Shown here one piece after another: positions 8,820 to 16,577 of a DNA stretch of 64,000 nucleotides. Source of the DNA: Gaiellaceae bacterium (GTDB lineage Bacteria > Actinomycetota > Thermoleophilia > Gaiellales > Gaiellaceae); NCBI GenBank assembly GCA_035640455.1, contig DASQWB010000032.1:7189-71188 (forward strand), given 5' to 3'. The notes beneath the pieces are model-generated. The model ran no database searches and had not been told where the DNA came from. It worked only from the letters and a program-made list of their open reading frames with translations. Position 1 is the first letter of the stretch. Every line of letters begins with the position of its first letter. The translations under genes and the position numbers were made by a program.

Positions 8820-9290
8820 GACGCAGCCTCGACGAGTGGTCAGGGCGCCACAGCTCGTACTCCTCGAGGCCGGCGCGGCGCGCGTCGAGTGAGCACAGGA
8901 GCGCGGTGACGACCGCCGGGTCGAACTGCGTGCCGGCGTTTCGCTCGAGCTCCGCGCATGCGGAATTCGACCGCGAGCGCCGGCCCGTAGGGCCGCGGCT
9001 CACCATCGCGCGGAAGGCGTCGCAGACGGCGACGATGCGGGCGCCGATCGGGATCGCCTCGCGCCGCAGGCCGTCCGGATAGCCGCCGCCGTCCCAGCGC
9101 TCGTGGCTCGAGCGGACGATCGGGACGGCCCCGGCCAGGGCTTCGATCGGGGCGAGGATCCGCTCGCCAACGACCGGGTGGGTGCGCATCAGGGCCCACT
9201 CCTGGTCGTCGAGCGCGGACGGCTTATCGAGGATCAACTCCGGGATCCGGATCTTGCCGATGTCGTGGAGGGCGCGACACGCACCAAGGG
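8785..9290 (-). pseudogene. 5'-truncated HD-GYP phosphodiesterase domain remnant
   Basis: The reading frame opens just after a stop: GIPLGACRALHDIGKIRIPELILDK...HERWDGGGYPDGL. The only canonical start (TTG 9237) lies downstream of the HD dyad. The N-terminal part of the HD domain is absent. Confidence 0.55.
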
Positions 9291-9323
9291 GGATGCCTCA
9301 TCACCGGTTCGGAGGTTTGCCCG

Positions 9324-10493
9324 TTGCCCGTGCCTAGAATCGGCCGCGTGGACTTCGAAACGCGAGCGATCCACGAGGGGCAGGAGCCGGACCCGGCCAC
9401 TGGCGCCGTCACCGTCCCGATCTACCAGACCTCGACGTACGTGCAGGAAGCCGTCGGCGAGCACAAGGGCTACGAGTACGCGCGGGTCTCGAACCCGACG
9501 CGGACGGCCCTCGAGCTCTGCCTCGCCTCGCTCGAGGGCGCCGAGCACGGCGCGGCCTTCGCGTCCGGTCTCGCCGCCGCGACGACGCTCATGCACCTCG
9601 TCTCCCCGGGCGAGCGGGTCGTCGCCGTGAACGACGTCTACGGCGGGATCTACCGCATGTTCTCGCAGGTCTACGAGTCGAAGGGCTACGTGTTCGAGTG
9701 GGTGCCGGCCGCGGAGCTGAGCACGAACCTCGGCGCCCACCTCGACGAGCGGACGCGGCTCGTCTGGCTCGAGAGCCCGACGAATCCGCTGCTCAACGTC
9801 GTCGACATCCGGCCGGCGGCGGAGGCGGCCCATGCCGCGGGCGCGATCGTGGTCGTCGACAACACCTTCGCGACGCCATACCTGCAGCGCCCGCTCGAGC
9901 TCGGCGCCGACGTCGTGCTGCACTCGACGACGAAGTACCTCGGCGGCCACTCGGACGTCATCGGCGGCTTCCTCGCGACGAACGACCCGACGGTGGCGGA
10001 GCGGCTCCGCTTCCTCCAGAAGTCGCTCGGCGCGGTGCCCGGGCCCTTCGACGCGTGGCTCGTCCTGCGCGGCCTGAAGACGCTCGCCGTGCGCATGCGC
10101 CGCCACTGCGAGAACGCGCGCGCGGTGGCGGAGTTCCTCGCGGCTCACCCGCGCATCGAGCGGGTGCTCTACCCGGGCCTCGAGGACCACCCGGGCCACG
10201 AGATCGCCGCGCGCCAGATGGCCGACTTCGGCGGGATGGTGTGCTTCCTCGCCGAGTCGGAGGAGGAGGCGGTCGGCCTGGTCGGCCGCACAGCGATCTG
10301 GAAGCTCGCCGAGTCGCTCGGCGGCGTCGAGAGCCTCATCGAGCACCCCGCCCGGATGACGCACGCCTCCACGGCGGACGCGCCGTTCGCCGCTCCGCGC
10401 AACCTCGTCCGACTGTCGGTCGGGCTCGAGTCGCCGGACGACCTGATCGCCGACCTCGAGGCGGCGCTCGTCCGCTCGGCCGCGGCGGTCTGA
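9324..10493 (+). CDS. cystathionine gamma-lyase/gamma-synthase family PLP enzyme
   Basis: FETRAIHEGQ, NPT, STTKYLGGHSD and VRLSVGLESPDDLIADLEAAL motifs. The start may instead be GTG 9348. Confidence 0.85.
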   Translation: MPVPRIGRVDFETRAIHEGQEPDPATGAVTVPIYQTSTYVQEAVGEHKGYEYARVSNPTRTALELCLASLEGAEHGAAFASGLAAATTLMHLVSPGERVVAVNDVYGGIYRMFSQVYESKGYVFEWVPAAELSTNLGAHLDERTRLVWLESPTNPLLNVVDIRPAAEAAHAAGAIVVVDNTFATPYLQRPLELGADVVLHSTTKYLGGHSDVIGGFLATNDPTVAERLRFLQKSLGAVPGPFDAWLVLRGLKTLAVRMRRHCENARAVAEFLAAHPRIERVLYPGLEDHPGHEIAARQMADFGGMVCFLAESEEEAVGLVGRTAIWKLAESLGGVESLIEHPARMTHASTADAPFAAPRNLVRLSVGLESPDDLIADLEAALVRSAAAV

Positions 10494-10600
10494 GGCGTCG
10501 ACTCGGCGGCGCCGACCATCAGGACGCGCGGGCTCTGCCCGTGCGTCCGTCTGCAATGACCGGTCGATCCGCTGGGATCGCTTCGCGCCGGCGTCTAGGA
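10491..10600 (+). repeat. family-2 intergenic repeat copy E2
   Basis: Starts at the stop codon (TGAGGCGTCGACTCGGCGGCGCC). Hairpin at 10522-10548. Contains TCTGCAATGACCGGTCGA and ends GTCTAGGAAC. Confidence 0.6.
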
Positions 10601-10656
10601 ACCGCTCCCGCGGCACCGGTGTAGAGACGGCGTCGATGCGGTCGAAAGGAGCGGTC

Positions 10657-11265
10657 ATGAAACGTCTCTCGGTGCTCGCGCTCGTCGCGCTCGGAGCTCT
10701 CGGCGTCGCCTCCGCGGCGCTCGGCAAGGGCGCCTCGCAGGCGACGATCAACGGCCCCGGCCTGAAGAAGGGCGGGCTCGTCATCAAGAGCGACAGGGGC
10801 GGCGACCCGTCGAGCGGCTCGCGGCTCGGGCAGCTCGCGAACGCGGCGGGGTTCTTCCCGGCCGTCTTCACCCAGGCCCCCGACCCGATGCTGCGCGACC
10901 GGCCGAAGGGCACGCTCGGGCCGAAGTACACCGTCGAGTACGTCATGCCGGGGCCGGACGGCACAAACTCGACGATCCGACAGGACCTCTACCCGTACGC
11001 GACGCCGTATCCACTGAGCTACACGAAGCCGGGACAGCGCTTTTGGGACCGGGGCGAGACCACCCACGGCGGCTGGTTCCTGACGACGTCGGCGATCCGC
11101 GGGACGCTCGGCCTCCCGCCACAGCCTCCGGTGGGCTCGCCCGGCGACGGCAGCGACTGGCTGCGCTGGGTCGCGGTCGCGATCACCATCGCAGCCGGGC
11201 TCACGCTCGTCGCGGCGTTGTCGCTCGTGGCGCTGCGCCGCCGCCCGGGACCTGCCACCGCGTAG
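10657..11265 (+). CDS. secreted, C-terminally membrane-anchored hypothetical protein
   Basis: AAGGAG SD before ATG 10657. Signal peptide MKRLSVLALVALGALGVASAALG. C-terminal TM helix followed by RRRPG. Confidence 0.5.
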   Translation: MKRLSVLALVALGALGVASAALGKGASQATINGPGLKKGGLVIKSDRGGDPSSGSRLGQLANAAGFFPAVFTQAPDPMLRDRPKGTLGPKYTVEYVMPGPDGTNSTIRQDLYPYATPYPLSYTKPGQRFWDRGETTHGGWFLTTSAIRGTLGLPPQPPVGSPGDGSDWLRWVAVAITIAAGLTLVAALSLVALRRRPGPATA

Positions 11266-11288
11266 ACGGGCACACATACGATGCGCCG

Positions 11289-12149
11289 GTGCACGCGCTC
11301 GAGCCGATCGACCTCCGGTTTAGAGGCATCGAGCGCGTCATCGGCATCTACCTCCTCGAGACGGACGACGGGCCGGCGCTCTTCGACTGCGGCCCGTCGA
11401 CCTGCGTCGACCGGCTGAACGCGGGCCTACGCGAGCGAGGCCTCGAGCTTCGCGACCTGCGGCACGTCCTGCTCTCGCACATCCACCTCGACCACGCGGG
11501 CGCCGCCGGCGTCCTCGTCCGCGAGCACCCCGGTTTGCGCGTCCACGTCTCGGAGGTCGGGGCGCCGCACCTCGTCGATCCGACGCGGCTCGAGGCGAGC
11601 GCGCGGCGGCTCTACGGCGAGAACTTCGACGACCTCTGGGGAGAGCTCGCGCCTGTCCCGAAGCGGAACCTCGAGGTCGTCGGCGGCGACGTTGTCGGGC
11701 TCCAGTGCTTCCCTTCCCCCGGCCATGCGCGGCACCACGTCTGCTATGTCGACGCCGATCGGACGATCTACGCGGGCGACGCCGCAGGCGTCCGCATCCA
11801 GCCTGGCCGGTTCGTCATGCCGCCAACTCCGCCACCGGAGGTCGACCTCGAGACATGGGCGACGACGCTGGACGAGATCGACCGGCGCGAGCCGGAGCGG
11901 TTGGCAATCGTCCACTTCGGCGTCGCCGACGACCCGAAGCGGCACCTGGCCGACCTTCGCCGTGAACTGCGTGACTGGGCGGCGATCGTCGAGCGCGGCG
12001 CGAGCGAGGACGAGTTCGTCGCCGCGGCGCGCGAGCAGCTGAGGCAGGCCGAGGCGGAGCTCATGCCGGCCTACGAGGCGGCGATGCCGCTCTGGCAGTC
12101 GTACGCCGGCCTGAAGCGCTACTGGGAGAAGCGGCGACAAGCGGCGTGA
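11289..12149 (+). CDS. MBL-fold metallo-hydrolase
   Basis: LLSHIHLDHAGAAG (HxHxDH) motif. In-frame GTG 11289; the part of the track ORF upstream of this looks non-coding. Confidence 0.75.
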   Translation: MHALEPIDLRFRGIERVIGIYLLETDDGPALFDCGPSTCVDRLNAGLRERGLELRDLRHVLLSHIHLDHAGAAGVLVREHPGLRVHVSEVGAPHLVDPTRLEASARRLYGENFDDLWGELAPVPKRNLEVVGGDVVGLQCFPSPGHARHHVCYVDADRTIYAGDAAGVRIQPGRFVMPPTPPPEVDLETWATTLDEIDRREPERLAIVHFGVADDPKRHLADLRRELRDWAAIVERGASEDEFVAAAREQLRQAEAELMPAYEAAMPLWQSYAGLKRYWEKRRQAA

Positions 12150-12297
12150 GCAACGCCGCGCTCGAGTTCGTCGAGGCCGACGGCTACGGCGAGATCTTCC
12201 GCGCCGCCCCGGAGTCGGTTCGGCGCGCGCACGGGGTCGAGGTCTGTGACGTCGCGGGCGCCACGTGCATCCTGCTCGGAGCGGCCGCGGCAACCTG

Positions 12298-12942
12298 ATG
12301 CTGAACCGCGTGAACGGGCTCGGCCTGCGAGGACCCGTCGGCGACGCGGAGCTGGACGAGATCGATGCCTTCTTCCGCGCCGGCGGCACCCGGTACGCGA
12401 TCGGCCTCAGCCCGCTCGCGCCGCCCGACCTCGCGCCGCGCCTCGCCGAGCGCGGCTTCGAGCCGGGCTACGCGTGGATGAAGTTCGGCCGCGGCGTCGA
12501 GCCGCCGCCCGAGGTCGAGACGGCGCTTCGAATCGAGGAGGCCGGCGCGGATCGCGGTGCCGTCTTCGGGAGCATCGTCGCGCGCGGCTTCGGCCTGCCG
12601 GACGTGGCCGCCGAGTGGTTCGCCGCCCTCGCCGATCGGCCGGGGTTCCGCCTCTTCCTCGCCTACGACGGCGAGGAACCGGCGGGAGCCGGGGCCCTCT
12701 TCGCCCGCGACGGGATCGGCTGGCTCGGCATCGCGGCGACCGTGCCGGAGCACCGGCGCAAGGGCGGGCAGGGCGCGATCCTCGCCGCGCGGATCCGCCT
12801 CGCGGGCGAGCTCGGCCTGCGCGCGCTCGCGACCGAGACCGGCGAGCGGACCGCCGACCGCCCGAGCAACTCCTACCGCAACATCGTCCGGGCCGGCTTC
12901 GAGGAGCGCTACCTGCGCCCGAACTACGCGTCGCCGGCCTAA
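12298..12942 (+). CDS. GNAT family N-acetyltransferase (N-terminal segment lies in another frame at 12146-12298)
   Basis: MLNRVNGLG...EHRRKGGQGAILAARI acetyl-CoA motif. See the finding on the frame split. Confidence 0.65.
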   Translation: MLNRVNGLGLRGPVGDAELDEIDAFFRAGGTRYAIGLSPLAPPDLAPRLAERGFEPGYAWMKFGRGVEPPPEVETALRIEEAGADRGAVFGSIVARGFGLPDVAAEWFAALADRPGFRLFLAYDGEEPAGAGALFARDGIGWLGIAATVPEHRRKGGQGAILAARIRLAGELGLRALATETGERTADRPSNSYRNIVRAGFEERYLRPNYASPA

Positions 12943-13649
12943 GACGTGTCGCCGCCGGCGAGGCGCCCGAGGTCGACGCGACTCACCTCCTGACCCTGCG
13001 CGTCGTAGCCGACGAGGACGTAGGGTCTGCCGGCCGCCGGCAGCTGGCCTTGCGGCGCCACGGCGAGATCCGTGAGGAAGTAGCCCTTCGCGAGCGGAAG
13101 CTTGCTCTTGTCCGTGGCCGACTCCAGCACGATCCTCGTGATCCGAGATCCGGCGGCGACGTGCCCGTCGACGAGCAGCGTGAACTTCCCGTTGGCCGGG
13201 TACCACGTCAGATCCGTCGCGATCGGGATCGTCTGCGGCGCGCTGGGCCCGATGTCGCACTGCGAGCCCCCGTTCGGCGTCGGTACCGCGCCGTTCGCCG
13301 TCTCGCCGATGTGGATAAAGACGCAGCGACCGGATGCTTGGGTCGGGCCGATCCACAGGCTCGCCTCCCCGGCCGGCGTCTGAACGGAGGCGAGCTCCTG
13401 GACGCGATTTCCGACGACGCCGGGAAGCCGTGGATCGGAATCGAGACGACCGAAGAGCCCGTGCCCGATCCCGAGTGCCGGCGCCGCGACAACCGCGACG
13501 ATTGCCGCCGCCGCGGCGAGGAGGACGTGGCGCGGCCGCAGGCGGCGACCGGCAGTCTGAAGCTCGTGGAGCAGGTGTTCCCGCCGAGCGCGGAAGTGAT
13601 CGACAGGAAGGCTGCGCTCGGGCGGCGGTCGGTGCAGATCCTCGGTCAT
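12939..13649 (-). CDS. single-pass membrane protein, putative anti-sigma/regulatory partner
   Basis: 236 aa. Cytoplasmic N-terminus, TM helix LLAAAAAIVAVVAAPAL, and an extracytoplasmic domain. ATGA overlap with the ECF sigma gene. Confidence 0.5.
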   Translation of the reverse strand: MTEDLHRPPPERSLPVDHFRARREHLLHELQTAGRRLRPRHVLLAAAAAIVAVVAAPALGIGHGLFGRLDSDPRLPGVVGNRVQELASVQTPAGEASLWIGPTQASGRCVFIHIGETANGAVPTPNGGSQCDIGPSAPQTIPIATDLTWYPANGKFTLLVDGHVAAGSRITRIVLESATDKSKLPLAKGYFLTDLAVAPQGQLPAAGRPYVLVGYDAQGQEVSRVDLGRLAGGDTS

Positions 13650-14266
13650 GGCGATCTCCTCGCGGTCGAAGCCTGTTCGCCTCCTTCATGACCGGTCGTC
13701 GCCGTGAGTTCCCGCAAGCGGCTTCGGGCACGAGACAGGCGCGACCGAACCGTGCCGACGGGGATCGCGAGCGCGACGGCGGCTTCTTCGTAGCTGAACT
13801 CCGACCAAACGCACAGGGCCAAGACGTCCTGCTCGCGCGCCGGCAGCGTTCGCAGCTGCTCGAGGAGCACGGCCATCCTGCTCTCGTCCGCGAGGCGTGC
13901 CTCGACGTCGCCTGCGAAGTCCGGCGTCGTCGATTCACGCGGCAGGCGGGCGAGCGCGCGCCGGTACCGGAGCTCGGTTCGCCGGCGATTGCGAACGACG
14001 AACGTCGCGATCCCGAAGAGCCATGCCCTGACCATCCCTGGCGGCAGATCCTTCTCGCGCCTCCGCCACGCCTCGAGGAAAACGATTGACATCAGGTCCT
14101 CGGCGAGCGACCAATCCGCCGTCCGGCGGAAACAGAAGTTGTAGATCGCCTGGGAATGTCGCTCGAAGAGACCCGCGAAGGCTTCGGCGTCACCGCCTCG
14201 AGCCCTCAGCCACAGCGCGTCGTCGGAGGGATCGAGCTCGCTTGCCGAGCCGTGGGCGGTCAGCAA
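13646..14266 (-). CDS. ECF-type RNA polymerase sigma-70 family factor
   Basis: Region 2 (FAGLFERHSQAIYNFCFRRT...DLMSIVFLEAW) and region 4 (LPAREQDVLALCVWSEFSYEEAAVALAIPVGTVRSRLSRAR) are both present. The likely TTG start at 14266 overlaps the upstream stop. Confidence 0.8.
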   Translation of the reverse strand: MLTAHGSASELDPSDDALWLRARGGDAEAFAGLFERHSQAIYNFCFRRTADWSLAEDLMSIVFLEAWRRREKDLPPGMVRAWLFGIATFVVRNRRRTELRYRRALARLPRESTTPDFAGDVEARLADESRMAVLLEQLRTLPAREQDVLALCVWSEFSYEEAAVALAIPVGTVRSRLSRARSRLRELTATTGHEGGEQASTARRSP

Positions 14267-14658
14267 TAGGTGTCGCCGGACGAGTCGCTCTTCCCGGCTC
14301 CCACGACGTTGATGTAGAAGAACGTGTGCACCCAGGCTCCGGCGCACGGCACCGTCGGCGTGTTCCACGACTGGGTTCCGCCGCCGTACGAGCCCGTCTT
14401 GGTGATCAAGGCGCTGCCGGCTCGGTTCACCATCTTGACGGTGTACGTGTACGCCGGGGCCGGTGAGCCGCACCAGACGTATCCGTATGCGTAGCCGGTG
14501 CGACTCCCGCTGAACACGACGGGGGTACGGCCGTCGGGGGTGCACGTGGCGAAGACACGCGTGGTTCGCGCGGGTGCCCCGATCGCGACGGTGAGGACGA
14601 GGAAGCAGACGGCGGCGAGGGCAGCCGCGGACGCGCCGATGCGGCTTGCACGGGACAT
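14260..14658 (-). CDS. small secreted Cys-containing hypothetical protein
   Basis: 132 aa with a signal peptide (AAALAAVCFLVLTVAIGAPA) and four Cys in the mature part. First gene of the sigma operon. Confidence 0.5.
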   Translation of the reverse strand: MSRASRIGASAAALAAVCFLVLTVAIGAPARTTRVFATCTPDGRTPVVFSGSRTGYAYGYVWCGSPAPAYTYTVKMVNRAGSALITKTGSYGGGTQSWNTPTVPCAGAWVHTFFYINVVGAGKSDSSGDTYC

Positions 14659-14777
14659 GCTTGGGCCTCCGATCAGTAGGAAGGTGATCTGTCTGGGCGC
14701 CGGCGCCTCAGGCGAGCCTAGCCACGCGTTGCGCTGAGGTCAACGCGTCATTGTCAGACATGGCTATTGCGAGGCGG

Positions 14778-15821
14778 TCAGACCGGAACGCGGTCCATGG
14801 CCTCGCGATAGGCGTCGAGGTAGTCCGCAACCATGCGCTCGGGGGCGAAGCGCTCCTCGACGTAGCGCCGGCACTCGAGCGGGTCGATCGCGTCGGCGGC
14901 CTCGAGCGCCGGCACCATCTCGCGGTAGTCGTCGACGATGATGCCGCTCCTGCCATGCTCGATCACCTCGGGCACCGCGCCCCAGCGGGTCGCGATCACC
15001 GGCGTCCCGCAGGCCATCGACTCGATCATGACGAGCCCGAACGGCTCCTCCCAGTCGATCGGGAAGAGCGTCGCGCGCGCATTCTGGAGCAGCTCGACCT
15101 TCTCGCCGTGCGAGACCTCGCCCACGTACTCGATGCCGTCGTGGAGATGCGGCCGGACGAGCTCGTCGAAGTATCGGTGCTCCCGCGCCTCCCGTCTCTT
15201 GCCGGCGATCTTCAGCGGGAGCTCGGCCTCCATCGCGACGGCGACCGCGCGGTGGCAGCCCTTGTCGGGCGTCATCCGGCCGAGGAAGAGCAGGTAGTCG
15301 CCGCGGTGCGGGTGGGAGGGGTAGACCGAGAGCTCGATCGCGTTCGGGCAATTCCCGACCCACGGCAGGTGCGGAAGCGGGCGGCGCTGGTTCAGCGAGA
15401 TCGAGATGAACGCTAGCCCCGGCGTGAGCTTGGCCAGCTCGTCGTACGCAGCTCCGGCCTCGCCGTCGAGCGGCCCGTGGACGGTGTGCACGACCGGGGT
15501 GTCGACGAGGAGGGAGAGCCCGGCTGCGGCGACGCCGGAGTGGTCGTTGATGATGTCGAAGTCCGACGCGCGCGCGTAGCAGGCGAGCGCGTTCCTGACC
15601 TCGGGGAGCGCGTGGCCGACGCGGTCGCTCGGCGACTCCTTGTAGACGGACACGAGCTCGGCCTTGGTGTGCGAGTCGCCGGAGGCGAACAGCGTCACCT
15701 CGTAGCCGGACTCGGCGAGGCGATCGGCGAGGAGCGAAACGACGTGCTCGATGCCACCATAGAGCGGAGGCGGGACCGGAAACCAGGTCGGCGCGATGAC
15801 GGCTATGCGACGTGGATCCAT
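14778..15821 (-). CDS. glycosyltransferase family 4 (GT-B)
   Basis: MDPRRIAVIAPTWFPVPPPLYGGIEHVV...EPFGLVMIESMACGTPVIAT. It forms the 3' part of the artefactual 1324-aa track ORF. Confidence 0.85.
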   Translation of the reverse strand: MDPRRIAVIAPTWFPVPPPLYGGIEHVVSLLADRLAESGYEVTLFASGDSHTKAELVSVYKESPSDRVGHALPEVRNALACYARASDFDIINDHSGVAAAGLSLLVDTPVVHTVHGPLDGEAGAAYDELAKLTPGLAFISISLNQRRPLPHLPWVGNCPNAIELSVYPSHPHRGDYLLFLGRMTPDKGCHRAVAVAMEAELPLKIAGKRREAREHRYFDELVRPHLHDGIEYVGEVSHGEKVELLQNARATLFPIDWEEPFGLVMIESMACGTPVIATRWGAVPEVIEHGRSGIIVDDYREMVPALEAADAIDPLECRRYVEERFAPERMVADYLDAYREAMDRVPV

Positions 15822-15866
15822 TCCTGAAGCGGCGCGTCTCGGGGCGCGAAGCGGCGTAACGATACC

Positions 15867-16577
15867 GTGGCGCTGATCCCGAGTCGCGCTATCCCAAGCG
15901 GCCTCGGCGTCCACGGCCAGCGCGAGCTCGTCGGCGTCGTCATTCCCGGGACGCTCGTCCTCATCGAGATCTGGCTGCTCGTCCTCTCGCCGCAGCACGC
16001 CCACCGGCGCGGCGGCTACCTCAAGCTCGCGTCGAGCCAGATCGCGGACGTGAACGACTGGATCCTCGCGGCCGCGCTCGTCGTCGCCGTGCTGGCCGCG
16101 TACACGCTCGGCTCGCTCGGGCGCGTGGCCGCGTGGTTCTTCTTTCACCGGCTCAGGAAGACGCGATTTCCGACCGGTGCCGAGCTCCTGAAGCGCTTCG
16201 AGCGCGAGCACGGCCGCGAGCCGGTCACACGCGCGCTCACTCGGCACGACGCGCTGCGGCATGCGCTCCACGGCGACGAGCACGACGCGTTCTTCCAGTA
16301 CGCGAAGCTCTGGCTGCGTCAGAACCGGCCGCGGCTCGCGGTCGAGAACCACGAGACCGAGATCAACTTCCTGATCGCCATCGAGGTGCCGCTCCTGCTC
16401 GCGGTGTTCGTCTTCTGGCGGCAAGTCGGCTGGATCGCCTTCGTCGTCGCGCTCCCCGCGTCGCTCCTGCTCGCGTGGGTTCTCGGCCGCATGGCGATCA
16501 GCCGCTCGCAGGCGGAGTCGCTGGACGTGATGCGGCACTTTCTTTTCGCGCAGTGGTACGCGGCCGGCGACGCCTAG
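15867..16577 (+). CDS. hypothetical multi-pass membrane protein
   Basis: 236 aa with several TM helices and strongly GC-biased third codon positions along its whole length. It lies opposite the artefactual 1324-aa ORF. Confidence 0.55.
   Translation: MALIPSRAIPSGLGVHGQRELVGVVIPGTLVLIEIWLLVLSPQHAHRRGGYLKLASSQIADVNDWILAAALVVAVLAAYTLGSLGRVAAWFFFHRLRKTRFPTGAELLKRFEREHGREPVTRALTRHDALRHALHGDEHDAFFQYAKLWLRQNRPRLAVENHETEINFLIAIEVPLLLAVFVFWRQVGWIAFVVALPASLLLAWVLGRMAISRSQAESLDVMRHFLFAQWYAAGDA

Noticed and set aside
9238-9323. A possible SAM or other riboswitch upstream of the cystathionine-lyase gene, and likewise upstream of CBS (6603-6829).
   Set aside because: I could not find the conserved cores of SAM-I, SAM-IV or other riboswitch classes known to me. 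The CBS upstream region is better explained as a PLP-enzyme gene remnant.
14724-14751. A stem ACGCGTTG/CAACGCGT downstream of the GT4 gene, which could be a terminator.
   Set aside because: It is a short 8-bp stem with a 9-nt loop and no U-tract, which is too weak to call from sequence alone.
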